A stretch of DNA of 64,000 bases from assembly GCA_002633005.1 (NCBI GenBank), contig NMRA01000860.1, positions 52,287-116,286 of the forward strand, in the 5' to 3' direction. This stretch comes from Phoronis australis (Eukaryota; Animalia; Phoronida). Below the pieces are notes generated by a model. That model was not told the origin of the DNA, did not search any database, and saw only the letters and a list, made by a program, of their open reading frames with translations. Within the stretch, counting starts at the first letter, position 1. Each line of letters begins with the position of its first letter. Both the position numbers and the translations under genes were made by a program. Shown here piece after piece: positions 13,501 to 26,659 of this stretch.

Positions 13501-14948
13501 TAGTTTTTTCACCGAAATGGTAAATTTGCTGTTTTGCATTGTATTAGGTTATGATTAACTGTCAGGCAAAGTAGAAAATATATCCTACAGCATACAAAAT
13601 TGATCCATGTGTGTAACCTTTCTTGGGTTCTGACAGCCAGGGTAGTTTAACTTGGAAACAGGGATATCTTTAATTAACAGTCTTGGACTGGGGCACTTAT
13701 GCAAACCTGTATGGCTACCATCATGGGGCCACTAGCAACACAAATCAGCACAAAACTATCAGTACTTATCAGCCCAAAAAATACACCAGCAATGTAAGAA
13801 ACCCCAATATAACAAAATAGTGTGCACAGTTTTGGTACCAAAAAACAAAATAAAAGTACACCAAAATTAATAGAAGACACAGTTAGACATTATAATCTGT
13901 ATCTGATCTGGAGAGAAAGTGAAAACAGACTGAGTACTGAGCTAAGTGGTGGATAGTGTTATTAACTACAAATGTCTAGTTGTGACGAAATCTTTGATAT
14001 GAGAACTTTAACACTACCAAAGAATAATTGCATGACTCCAACTCACCTTCACTGGGTTCGTATAGGCCAAATTTCCAATTGCTCTTTGACAGCTGTGTAG
14101 TTGACTGAAATCTCCACTTCAAAATCTTTTACTGGGTTGGATGCTGCCTCGTAATTTTCTACAAAGCCATGGATATTACCCCCAGTGTTTTTTGAAATAC
14201 TTCACCCACTCTTTTTCTGTGGAGACACTCCGACAAATGCTCATATTTTCTTTGCTTGCCTGTGCGGTATGTGGGGAGAGCAGAGGGCCCCACTTTTCCA
14301 GACCCTCAAAAAATCTGACAATGTTTATAAAAAATATTCAGATCGTCAAATTTTTTTCTAAGTGGATGTAAATTGAGCTCGACCTAAATGAAAATAAGGT
14401 TTTATTCAAATAGTTTCAAAATTCCTTTTTAATATTAAATCTCTGTGTGAGTCCGTGTGTGTGAGTAAACTCTTTGTGTGAGTAGATAAATTGTATACAT
14501 GTGAAATTATTTATTTCGAATGAAAATGATTTATTTATATTCATTACCATTTCATTGTAATCCTAACATTTTATTCATGTATTTGTGTATAATTTTTATA
14601 TTTCTTTATATATGCCTGTTGGCACTTTCTGTGACAATTTCACAATAAACATTAAAAAATTCTTTTACTGCAGTTTCATCTCCACAATCCATTGCACAAA
14701 CAAGTCTTAACGTGTACGTAACATGACTCTAGTACCTCAAAATAAATTTTATTATTATATCTTACTTGATTTCAGTGCCTTTAGTGCACAGCTCATAAAG
14801 AAACACGTAAAAATTGAAAAAAATAACAATTATGTACAACGTCATGGGTTGAACCCAAGTCGTTCGGCACACTGTTCGGATCAGCAACTAAGTGTATAGA
14901 GTGAAGTGAAAGTAAAGTATATTTAGCGTCGAGAAGGTTCGTAGAGGG

Positions 14949-15130
14949 ATGAAAAGATGTGTTTCCGGAAGCTGCAGCAACAGCAGTCAGACGGAGAACG
15001 TCTCGGTGTTCCGAAGGACGCCAAAGTTGCGCAGTAGTGGCATCGCTTCGTGCGCCGAACGAGAGTGGGACTTCAGCGTGGACCAAGCGATTCTGTCCGG
15101 AGCCACTCTGTGTTCTGTCGAAACACTACT
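14949..15130 (+). pseudogene. THAP zinc finger remnant (Kolobok transposase N-terminus)
   Basis: MKRCVSGSCSN..., then after a frameshift PKDAKVAQ*WHRFVRRTR..., ATLCS: the C-C..P..W..C pattern of THAP. Confidence 0.65.
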
Positions 15131-15184
15131 CCAATCAGAGGAGATGTTACGATGAAGGCCTGGTTCAATAAAGGACAATAGTTA

Positions 15185-15406
15185 CTATTCAGAAACATCG
15201 GCTCTTTATTCAGGATCGTCTGTTGGATGGCTGGGTTGACTGGCCGAGCCCGAGGCCGCTTCTCTAGCGGGAGGATCCAGTTCGTAAGGCCTCAAAATAG
15301 AAAAGTACGCAGCTGAAAACATATCAAACTCGTTCTCGCTTTCGTGCAACCCCATTTCGTCATCCTGGCCACCATTCTCGTACGTTTCTTCATAGTATTT
15401 GTTCAT
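15185..15406 (-). pseudogene. N-terminus of Kolobok accessory (KolX, P2X7-tail-like) gene
   Basis: Acidic leader followed by ILRPYELDP (PY-x-FEP-like motif), convergent with the THAP remnant. Confidence 0.5.
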
Positions 15407-16256
15407 TTCTTGCTCATAAACGTTGTCGCTTTCAAATTCCCTACTCTCCGCCGTTATTCAATGCTAGTCGCTGATCTCTTGTGTTCAACCCATGATGTCA
15501 CATGGCGGGAAATGTGAAAATTGGCAAAATTGAAAGAGAAATCAAAATTTCGAGCTAATGACACAAAATAATCATGGATTTGGCTAAATTTTACGTCATA
15601 CATTTAGTCTGTGGCCACCGGTAATTCGAAATGTGCAAAAATCCATGGTGTGTACTGTTTAACATACAAGTGAAGCCTTAGTCTCTACGGTAAGCAAACT
15701 TAGCACAATTGCTATTTTGTATTTCCGGGAATTCTGCACTGTTGGTTTACTTACGGAAATGCACCTGAACGCGCTATGTGACCGCAAATTTCGACAAGTT
15801 ACTATTGTTCTTGGAAACTTCTTTTTCAGTGTGATCATTCAAATTTGCTTCTATAACTTAAACGANTTATTCAATGCTAGTCGCTGATCTCTTGTGTTCA
15901 ACCCATGATGTCACATGGCGGGAAATGTGAAAATTGGCAAAAGTGAAAGAGAAATCAAAATTTCGAGCTAATGACACAAAATAATCATGGATTTGGCTAA
16001 ATTTTACGTCATACATTTAGTCTGTGGCCACCGGTAATTCGAAATGTGCAAAAATCCATGGTGTGTACTGTTTAACGTCCAGCTGATCAAATTTTGGTAG
16101 CCGCGTGCTTTTGTCTTTCGTATCTTCTTTGTAGAAGAGTGTCTGGGAATCCCTGCACTCCAAAAATAGAATCATGATTTTCGACAACAGATGTCCTTGC
16201 TGCATACCTGGATTGGCTCGTTGACATTGTCCCGCTCCCGCGTGAATTAGGTCTAT

Positions 16257-17845
16257 AGACCTAATTCACGCCGACAGAAGGCGCGTTCCAAAACGAGGCT
16301 TGCTACGATAGCTCCGTTGGCTTAAGTATCGGCATACTGGTTGTATTCCGCGTTGCTCGAAACGGCTAGAAAAAATACGGACACTCAACAGAACTGTTCG
16401 TTTTACAATCCCTAAGGACGTTGAGATTCGGAAGCGTAAGTTCAGTCCTTGCCATACGCCGCGACGAAGGAAAATATGGCCGTGTAAAATTTATAAATGT
16501 TTTCTAAAAGTTAGATCACATTTTGTCGCATCTCGGTTGCCGAGCATCATAGCAACGACCGGAGAATCTTCGGCCAGCCATGCTGTGTTCATGACTACGG
16601 GTTGAAACATGGTGCATTAATTCTTCCCAAAAAGGACAGGGCCCTCAAATCCTCGATTTTGGGACCGGATATTGGCCCTGGGCATCTCAAAAATATTGAA
16701 AAAGTCCCCCGAAATTCCCTCCACGAGGCCTAAAAACTCTCCTAGTGATTGAAAACTTCTCCTCGAAGTTCAAATCACCTGTAACCACACAGGTGACAAT
16801 TTGACAGAGCACAAAATGTTACTTGAGACAGAGCCTGTGAGAGGATGCAAAAGGACAGGGGTTCTGATCGGGAGGTAGATTTTGCCCCGCACTCGGCGAA
16901 AAAAATACCTTCTCAGAAGGCACAGGCACCTTTCCACTCATGAACGAGGCACCTGAAGAAACATGATAACTTTTCTTACTCTGTCCAGTTAACTGAAATT
17001 GAGCTCTAAAACGAGGTTATGCTTTGGACGAACTTCAAAATTCACTGGTCCAGATAGTTGATACCTAACATATGAAATAGACGTCAGAAATATTAAAACC
17101 AGGATAGCAGAATTGATCGGTCAAATAATTACTTGTAAATGTGTGCAAGGGAAAGAATGAGAACCTGCATATAATGCGAAAGCGATTGCTCGGGCTGTGC
17201 TCGTTTTTATTTTACTTTTAAATTTTAAAAATGGTCAATTAAATTTTATTTACGAGCCTGGTTTTTTATTTTAATAAAAATATAGTTAATAACATCAGAT
17301 ATTCTTTCAGATGAATGACAAATCAACTGTTAGTCCCGGTAGTCTCTACCTCACCAGGACCTAGGCTATGCTTGATGTTAATATTCTTGATCAACAAATT
17401 AAACCAGATGTGACTAATTGCACATTACAGCAAAATGCTACAAGCCACCACTGTCGAATATAGCTCGTCAGCAATACAAGCAGATGACTTGTAGAAAGCA
17501 TTTTTATCAACGATTTACAAGAAAAAACGTAACCCTGCATTCAGCATAATACCTAATCCGTAACACTACGACCGCCGCAGTTTGGCATATCTACTTTTCA
17601 TGTTTCGAACCTAGTCTTCCGAAAATCTTATACCCTTTCGTCAAACAACTTTTTGATGCATTGACTTGTTCTCTAACGTATTTTCCTACTTATCTGAGGT
17701 TAATTATCGACACAATTTTAATATTTAATATCCAGGTTGGACTGGAAAGACCGGCCATTTAACTCACGCAAGGTCAACTTCAGCTCTGTTTATGGCAGTG
17801 AGCCTCGCTTTGGATTTTAATGTCCGCCGCGTGAATATTAGGTCT
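16257..17845. mobile_element. Non-autonomous TIR element copy 2 (AT TSD, ISL2EU-like)
   Basis: AT|AGACCTAATTCACGC...GCGTGAATATTAGGTCT|AT, colinear with 6182-8346 apart from the MITE. Confidence 0.85.
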
Positions 17846-19088
17846 ATACGTTATTTAGTTTCAATAACCTAGTCCGCGTTAATATCTTTTCGGTAACTAA
17901 AGCAGAGCTTTGGATACTTTTAAGCGGCTGAACAATGAACATTTATATAAATTCAACGGTCAGTTTCAAGTTCCTGGATGTTGGGTACTTTAGATGAAGT
18001 GTAGTAAGGTCACCAACAGAATCGTCACAAACGCCGCCATCTTGGTTGTTCTGTAATGTAGACGTGATAATTGTCACTGTATGAAGAAGGCACGCAAAAA
18101 CTCCAAATTTTTAATCTGGGGCAAAAATTAAATTCTGAACATCTGTATTTTCTAAATTATTACATGAATCTTAAATCGTGGTTCTTCAAATGATTACCTT
18201 TATTTTTTGAAACTCCTTAAAATTCATCGCCTAAAATGCGTTATTTAACTTTATTCAAATTTATTGTTCCATGATTTAACATAACTTTAGCCACTTATCA
18301 TGGGAAATTCGCCAGAGTCAAATACAGAAGTTCGAGATTCCCTCTTAATAAAACACTCGGGCGTTTAGTAACGGTAAGTACTCAAAAGGCTCTTGCAAAA
18401 ATAATGTGCCTGGTGCAACGGAAATGGATAGTTATGCACCCGTAGTTCACGCCAATGACTTGAGCTACTTTGATTGCGAAGTCCCACAAGGTCCTCTGGG
18501 ATGTACTTTTTATCACATTTCACTCAAACTGTTGGCATATACATGTAGAGCCGCATTATCAGAATCGGTCCTGGAGAAGCAAACACGTTGCACCCAGCGG
18601 AATGCAAACGACACTATGAATTGGAGCCCATTCGCAGATTAAGCCGGCCAATTGATATTTCAAGCTTCATAGGTGCTTGATCGAATCAGGCACCGTAGAT
18701 GCAGTAGTTAGTGTTTCGCATTGTACTATAATGTTGGGCGACAATATTAGTTGCTCAGGTAAGCTACGTATATTTTACAGCGTTAAGGCCGGGTGCAAAA
18801 ACCTCCACGCAATTTGACTGCATAAATGTATTTTTAGTGACCACCCGTTACAGTAAGTGTCTTGGATTCTTACGGAGGTAGAGGACATGCTGTCATCCAC
18901 GTAACTACGTTCCATAATGAATTGTAAATTTACGTGAGTAATTGCTGTTGAGAATAATGTATAAAGTACTTGTGAAATGTTACAAAATTTCGTTTTGTGT
19001 TTGTTTATCAATAATAACTTGTTAAAAGTCTGGCTGTCCACTAAGACGTATATTTGCATGATCGTGAAATCCACTACAAGAGACAAAN

Positions 19089-19907
19089 TCTTTGGTATGA
19101 GTTTTAACACTACCAAAGAATAATTGCATGTATTCCAACTCACCTTCACGAGTTCATATAGGCCACATTTCCAAATGCTCTTTAACAGCCGTGTAGTTGA
19201 CTGAAATCTCCACTTCAAAATCTTTTACTGCATGGGTTTGATGCTGCCTCATGATTTTCTACAAAGCCATGGATACCCCTTTTTTTTGAAATACTTCACC
19301 CACTCTTTGTTTCTGTGGAGACACTTCGACAAATGCTCATATTTTCTTTGCTTGCCTGTGTGGTATGTGGGGAGAGCAGAGGGCCCCACTTTTCCAGACA
19401 CTAAAAAATCTGACAATGTTTACAAAAAATATTCAGATCTTCTTCAATTTTTTTCTAAGTGGATGTAAATTGGAGCTCGACCTAAATGAAAATAAGGTTT
19501 TATTCGAAATAGTTTCAAAATCTAATTAAATCTAATTTATTTATTGTGAATGAAAATGATTTATTTAAATTCATTACCATCATGTCATTGTAATCTTAAC
19601 ATTTTATTCATGTATTTGTGTATATTTTTTATATTTCTTTATATATGCCTGTTGGCACTTTCTGTGACAATTTCACAATAAACATTAAAAAATTCTTTTT
19701 CTGCAGTTTCATCTCCACAATCCATTGCACAAAGAAGTCTTTATGTCCAGCTGATCGAATTTTGGTAGCCGCGCGCTTTTGTCTTTCGTATCTTCTTTGT
19801 AGAAGAGTGTCTGGGAATCCCTGCATTCCAAAAATAGAATCATGATTTTCGACAACAGATGTCCTTGCTGCATACCTGGATTGGCTCGTTGACATTGTCC
19901 CGCTCCC
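19089..19907 (-). mobile_element. Second, partial copy of the MULE terminal region (no Kolobok insertion)
   Basis: Aligns with 13991-14706 plus 16076-16239, ends in the same TIR (..TGTCCCGCTCCC), and begins right after an N at 19088. Confidence 0.85.
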
Positions 19908-21409
19908 TTTCCTATGTCGGAATTTTATTGGGGTCAATGCCTCCGATAAATGTCAAAAGGGGTCGTACGTAAGCCAATTACCAGCAGCTAGGAATTCGCG
20001 AAAACTCGGCTTGCTATCATTGACCACCGCCATTGATTATTCTCTAAGATGGCGATCTTCCGGGTAGTGGTGACGTAATCGCAACCATTGTATTAAGCAG
20101 TTTCGGCTACACGTTAAACGTAAACGCAAACGCGTGGTTCAGCAGTAGTCACAAGTTCACGCTCAAGTACATTTATGCGTTGTGTTCCATTAGAGAGCTT
20201 CATCGGCCACATGTCAAATGCAAACGCGATTGGCGAAATAAGGGTTACACTATTATACCCATCCGCATAGTGACAATGTGGTGACAATCACTGATCAGGA
20301 GTGGCGGCAAACGAACTGGCGGGAAAAACGGTAGTACAGCTGATAAAAAGACGGAGACGGACAAATTAGCAGCAGATAGGCTGTTATTCTGAAATCAGGG
20401 ACCCACAAAGCTGACTGTTTCCAGCAACCGGCTGGGTGATGACGCCATACGTGAAACCGTGGTGACAGGTACGACCGAGGTGACATCAGTATATATTAAA
20501 AAAAAAGTATATATTGCCCCGTTGCAAACAATCAGCATCCTAGTTATAAAAAATCATTTTTCTGGCTCCAACAGTGATTTTGGGTGAAAATGTTCACACT
20601 CTCGGTTACCACAGTTTGCTTTAAATATTCATAATTAAAGCATTCCTTTTAATTTTTATGAACTATTAATGAAACAGATGTTTTGGCACGAAATATGAGT
20701 ATAATATTTCTGTTTCTTATTACCACCCTATTACTGTGACTTTTTTGGCAAAATGAGCAACACGAGGAGAGCTCAGAATAAAGGTCATATTTCAAACAAT
20801 CAACTGAGTTAGCAAATGAACGAAGCCGTATGACCCCGTGTATGTCTTAACTTTCCAAAAACATAAGTTGCATACCTCTAACGATGTTCTACTATAAATC
20901 GGCAGTTAAAACTCACGTTTTTCACTTACATGAGATTAGTGGTCTTTGCTTTGTTTTCACCCGTCTGACACTTACGTGATTGTATGACTCGGAACTTCAA
21001 TAGTTTCCTAAATTTGCAATTTTGCATGATGCTTTTCAACGTTTTATGATGATTTTGCTGCGTTGGATTTTTCACCAACTGAGATTTAAAAGTACATTAT
21101 TTTGTGAAATCCTGCAGTAAATTTCCTTCTAAAGTGAGCATGTTTTACTTTCTTCATTGCTAAAGGAATTTAGTATTTTACTGGAGAACGTTCCAAAATC
21201 CAAGTTTCTTGCGAGTAAATTAAATTCTCGCAAGGCATCGCAAAAACACGCAAATGAATAGCAATTGTTTGGCATGTAAGCTCAGGAGCTTACTAGCATG
21301 ATTCATACATGTCAGAATGTTTAGTTGTACCCAACTAATCCCAACATATCTTATCCTGCCATCAGCACTGATGCAAGCCTGTTGCTGACATCATGTTTGT
21401 TACCAAACT

Positions 21410-21975
21410 CCCCCTGCAGGTGGCGCAGCGATTTGTGGGAATAGTTGAATTAGTTGAAACGCGTGATTGGTGACTGGTTCCTAGGTGTCTCTAACATTAT
21501 GAGTTTGTGGATGACGTAATGTAAGTTATCTACCTGTCCACAAGTAACGCAGCAATTAGTAGGAATAGTTGAATTAGTTGATTTTAGTTGAATCCAACAA
21601 ATTTCAAGTCATCTCAACCTATCCAGCACTGAACTATTCAACTAATTCAACTAATTCTACCAATTGTAGCGCCATCTGAAGTATTACTGGCATTGTGGGA
21701 GAGAAAGACCTGAGTCGCGGACTTGCCTTTAGGTGGTGCATCGATTAGTGGGAATAGTTGAATTAGTTGAAATGCTTGTTCTGTGTCTCTCAAGCTGTAA
21801 GCCTTTTGCTGATGATATGATTAATTGTTACCAGCCTGTCCTTGTAGGTGGCGCAGCAATTAGTGGGAATATTTGAATTAGTAGAAATGCGAGTTGTACT
21901 TGATCTACCTAATTTTATCTACCCGTTATTTAGTGAATTCGCGTAGGTGGCGTTATCTGTTTGCCTTCAAGTGGC
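21410..21975. repeat. Cluster of ~40-bp degenerate repeats (AGGTGGCGC...GGGAATAGTTGAATTAGTTGAA)
   Basis: Direct copies near 21418, 21545, 21731 and 21846, and one inverted copy at ~21630-21680. Confidence 0.8.
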
Positions 21976-22496
21976 TGTGACGACACCACAGGCCGGGCAA
22001 TCTGGACTAAAGAAAACACCTTGGTTCTGTATCACGTTTACTGAAAAAACAACAAAAGTACAATCAACGAGATATCGCAGTCTACCAAACTGACTCTGCA
22101 TACAAGATAACATTCCACAATAGCTAAATAGCAAAACCAATGAACATTAGCTGCACTAGCAGTTAAGTCGATTACAGACTAAACTAAGTAAGCAACTCAC
22201 TGACCAAATTCCAGGTAACTTTACACAGTATGAGAGAAAACAAAATAACACAATTTCCACTTACAGAATGTGAAGCCCTGTGGTTTCCAAACCTACCATC
22301 TGTCTCACAAGACTGTCAGAAAACTAATGCAGCTGCTATGCACCACACCCATGGTCAATCTGAGTACATCTCCATAACAACGGTTCAAAGAAAATATAGG
22401 GGCCACACAAGACTCAGTACAAGAAGAAGAGAAGACACCTGGTGGCTACACTGCAAATTACACAAACAAAACAAACCCTGACTAGGTGAACTAACA
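21976..22496 (-). mobile_element. Solo LTR
   Basis: TGT...ACA ends, 5-bp TSD GTGGC (21971-21975, 22497-22501), 521 bp. Strand inferred from an AGTAAA signal near the minus-strand 3' end. Confidence 0.7.
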
Positions 22497-22819
22497 GTGG
22501 CGTTGCGAATAGGCCGATTGGCCTGCATGGAAAACATTGCACAGTAACGAATAACTTTTAAAATGTCTTGAGACAGAGACTATAGACGTTGACGTGCATT
22601 CAATTCAGCGTTTCACTAAAAGTTAATTCGAAAATGCAAAGAATATACATGTACAGCCGTTTTCTTTTTTCTCACCAGCTGTTGAGAGGAAACGTACTGA
22701 AACGTTTCATGTGCTACGCATGAACGGTTTCTCACACTAAATTGCACATGATGTGACTTTCTAACTCTTTCTGTGAAAATGTTATTGTCAGTTTGAGCTG
22801 GTGATACTGTACATACACA

Positions 22820-22934
22820 AAACGTAGCGAGAGTGGCGTACATGAAGTAATATCCCACGAGACCTTATTCCGCGCGATACGGGGAATAAGGTCAAGTGGG
22901 ATATTACTTCATGTACGCCAATCGAGGTACGTTT
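22820..22934. repeat. Long hairpin / inverted repeat
   Basis: tggcgtacatgaagtaatatcccacgagaccttattcc pairs with ggaataaggtcaagtgggatattacttcatgtacgcca around an ~11-nt loop. Confidence 0.9.
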
Positions 22935-24689
22935 CGTATTTATCCCATGCACTTCGAATTCCTGAGTTTATTTTATTTTTTCGGCAGATTTTTTAAATAC
23001 TCCACCCAGACTGTTCACATGGCGGTTCACATCCTAAATGTATGTTCTTGCGCGTTAGGTTGCAAGTTTTCTCTTGTATCTGAAACAGTTTTAAAAGTAA
23101 CGATTTATTTCTTGAAAAGAGGTAACAAAGATGAAAACAACGGCAACTGAGCAGTGAACTGGTAACATCTCCTGGAAATAGCTAAAAACAACAATATTTG
23201 ATATTTTAATTTCCTAGGAATCGGCGCCTGAGTTGCAGACGATATTGTATTCAGCTGAGACATAAGTGTCTTACAATTACCAGTTTTGTTCCGGATTTTA
23301 CGTTTAGGGCCTCGATGCATGTCGAGTGTTAGTTACACTGTTGCAACTGCATTATCTTAAGTTATTATTCGGAAAGTTTGATGATCCAACCGGCTGAAGA
23401 CGTCGAGTCGACATTGACCTACGTGTACCTTTTGAACTTTCCCTGTCAGAGTTCGCTGTTGAAGTAGTGCGGGAGGTGAATACGGAAAACTTTAATGCAT
23501 GGCCGTATTTCCCTCGACAGATTCAACGCGCGTGGGATAAAAAACAAACATTTACAGTTATTGAGTTTCGGAATTTTACATTAATAAAAGTTGATTGATT
23601 GAACCGTCGGTTTGCATGGGTATTATTGGAATAAGTAATACAAAACGAGAGCAAGGGTGTTGTTCTGTACACTGTTGTCGAAAATCTGAAGGTAGTCAAT
23701 AAGTTTCCTCTTACTTTAAAATTTCCCAATAGCTTGACAAACTTGTTTCCGTCAAAGAAGCGGTTATTCAAAAATAAATTTGGAACAGCTATGATACCTG
23801 GCTCACTAAACGCCAGTGGAGAAGCTGGGCTACATATGAACTTTCCTTCCTCAGGCAACTGAGGTTTTGCACAGTCTCAGTAGCTATTTTTCTCACCTGC
23901 GTTGAATTTACAAACCGCGTCTTTGTGGTTTTGTCTTTTGTAGTAATTTGTGTTGTTTAAAGTTGTCTGTTTTACTTAATTAAGGTTTCTTATCTGTATT
24001 TTTAGGTATCTTCTTGGAATGTGGCAGCACCGAAATAACTTGTCAAACGCTATTCAAGAACATTTCTACCGGAAGGTACACAAGAAACTAGATCGGCGGG
24101 CGTGTAATTTCAGGCACTGCATGGCATGATCAACTTGTTAAAATGACGACCAACAAAATATTAATTTTTTATATATTACAACGCACTCAGAGGGTGTAAA
24201 CGTCCGTCAAACGTGATCAACGAATCATGGGCTAAGTGCTCATTCTGTTGTTTTGAGAGATACTGGAACAAGACGTTTTTGAAAACTTTTGTCGTTTTTA
24301 ATAAAATCCGATTCCACGAGACATAAGCTTGACAGCAAAGTCCACGGGGTTAACGGTGTGTTGTAATGTCGGNAAACGCACTCCCATATCCACTAGGTTA
24401 TGCCTTGGTCCACAGCCAAACAAAAATTTCCAACTGGCAAACATCTCTTCGCAAGTAACAATAAAGTTTTACTTTGATGGGTCATTTCATTATTTTTAAA
24501 CTCGTATCATTTTACAACTGTTTCGTTTGACTTACATGATTCTGTTTATTAATGTGATCTTGTTGATTGCAGCGTTGTCTGTCCCAAAGGGAAATGCACA
24601 GTGGAGAGCGTTTGGGGTACAGTGAACTACACGGATGTAGGTATCAAATGTTGGCTGATGTAGATGTAGATATAGATAAAGATAAACAA

Positions 24690-26545
24690 AGAAGTTATAT
24701 TGACGAAAACAATTATAGAAGAATTTCTCTTTTGCCTGTCATGGGAAAAAACTCTTCACAAAGTTACCGAACAATCAGCTATCATGTTGGGCTGAAGAGA
24801 ACGGCGTATTTCATGAAGCTTACGCAAGTTTTAGAAAAGGTTATTGCACGCAGGAGCAAATTTTTACTTTGTATGGAATATGCCAAAAATATCAGCAAGG
24901 CGGATGGACGCTTCTATTGCGCCTTTGGGGAGTTTTCAATCATTTTGATAATTTTTTTCAAGTAGGCAACTAAACAGATTGCAGTAGGTCGAAGCCATGG
25001 AAATGCCTTAAAAAATTTTGTAGTCTACATATATGTGCAGTACGATAAGCTGCACACTTGTATAATATGTCCCAAAAGTTTCCGGTTACTTTAAGTGTAC
25101 TTTTGGCACCAGACAGGGTTGTATGATCAGCCTTTTTTTTATTCCATATGTATCCTAACGAGTTTCTAATGTGATAATAGTGATATATTTGTAACTGAGG
25201 GTGTCTCGGAAATTTCTACTCTGCTCTATGCAGATGTAATGTTCTTGTGTACTAGTTGAATCAACTGCTAAGTTACACAGGTTCTTAAATCGTGTTCATG
25301 ATTATTGCTAGTCCTTGGGTATGAACGTTAGTTTAAAATAATTGTTTTTAGAAACGGTGGCCCCCTGAGAACATACGACATATGGTAGTTCGGAAGTCGC
25401 TCAGTAGAAGTCGTTAGCTAGTATAAGTACCTTATCCTGTTTGTCACTCCGAAACTCTCTTGGACAAAGGCGACCAATACACCTTCAAAGCAAGGGCGTT
25501 AATGTCTTATCTCCATTTCTAAATTACATAACCGATGTCGAAACCCATCACACGGTCTATGTTTTGAATTATTTGAGAAAACTATTTATCCAGCAATTTG
25601 TTATGGAACTTAAATTTGGGGGCTTAAAAAGTATGACTGCATAGAACGTTTTCACGTGAAATTCTGTAAAATGGTACTTGGTGTGAGCACTTCTTGTTCT
25701 AGAGTAGCCGTATGAAGTGAATGCAGCCGTTATCCACTGGTTACAAAACGTTTTATCACATATATAAAATATTTGTTTAAGATACTGAAATTGCCGTCCA
25801 AGCTGTGTATGACATGATGTTTATTTTTGACAGTAACACCGCTTTTGTCCAAGTATGACTTCTATGAAGTGTGGATAAATCAAGGTATACCATGTAAAGT
25901 AACTTTTCAAAACGATTTTCCTAGAGAGTGATTGACTGTTGCCTACGCGGTTGGGAAGTTGACATTCATGGAAACAACAAATTGTTCAAGTTTAAAACTT
26001 TCAAACTTATGACGCTTCAGAGGAATACTTTCAGTTTAAACTACCTCTCCATTTTATACAAAAATTCAAGGTTTCGCTAACCACAAATTGGAAGTGGAAA
26101 CAGCATGGCACAACATATGGACTAATGTAACAGGATTTGCGTTTTGTGCAGTATAAACAACATTGAAGACGAACTGTACTTCTTGGTGGTCTGTAATGCT
26201 TACGCATAGCTCACTCAGCAATACATGAATGCAAATTTTGATAACCCCGACCCTGTCCTATACTGGAACAAGATTATGAAGAATCCTGGTGCAAACATTC
26301 TAAAGTTCTGATATTTAGCCACAGTTCGTAGAGAATAATTGTTTAACTCCACGTTTTGTATTAAATGCGCCTTTATATGTGTTTGTTATTGTACTTTAGA
26401 CCTCTGGCCTCGAATGCAACAAAGTATGTAAATATAGATATACAGATATAGATATGCATATATAGATATAGATATTGGTATAGGTATATCTATGTATGTA
26501 TGTATGTATAAATGTATGTATGTATGAATGTATGTATGTATATAA
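24690..26545 (+). mobile_element. 5'-truncated, decayed non-LTR retrotransposon (CR1/L2-group LINE), RT and C-terminus
   Basis: NYRRISLLPVMGK, GFRKGY, FYCAF, GTRQGC, LLYAD, HKLEVE and EDELYFLVVC motifs in order across frameshifts. Ends in (TAGATA)n/(TATG)n microsatellite. Confidence 0.85.
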
Positions 26546-26659
26546 TTGCCCTGTATATGATCTTGCCAGACTTCAGTGTAGGTGCTCTTGACTTTTCTTT
26601 AGCCGTTATAGATGTTCGATCGGACGTAGATTAACGTGTAGGCTTGGCTTTTCTGAACC

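Larger units (their letters stand above)
14711..16071. mobile_element. Kolobok-like element nested in the MULE, internally deleted
   Basis: TTAA at 14707-14710 and 16072-16075. The empty site is visible in the paralogous copy (~19737-19750). It holds convergent THAP (+) and KolX-like (-) remnants. TIR match is weak. Confidence 0.75.
8347..16239 (-). mobile_element. Mutator-like (MULE) DNA transposon with decayed transposase
   Basis: Perfect TIR GGGAGCGGGACAATGTCAACGAGCCAATCCAGGT / ACCTGGATTGGCTCGTTGACATTGTCCCGCTCCC, 9-bp TSD GCGTGAATT (8338-8346, 16240-16248), and a minus-strand CLCDFHREEAW motif. Confidence 0.9.
6182..16254. mobile_element. Non-autonomous TIR element copy 1 (AT TSD, ISL2EU-like), interrupted by nested insertions
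   Basis: AT|AGACCTAATTCACGC ... GCGTGAATTAGGTCT|AT. The body at 6182-8346 aligns by eye with copy 2 at 16257-17845. The right TIR is split by the Mutator insertion. Confidence 0.8.

Noticed and set aside
15454-16075. Near-identical duplication of the Kolobok right end
   Set aside because: The second copy starts right after a single N (15866), so it is probably a contig-overlap or scaffolding artefact.
22497-22512. PBS of a full-length LTR retrotransposon (TGGCG after ..AACA)
   Set aside because: GTGGC is the target duplication, and no gag/pol or second LTR follows.
24335-24353. piggyBac-like end (GGGG|TTAA)
   Set aside because: No partner terminus found.
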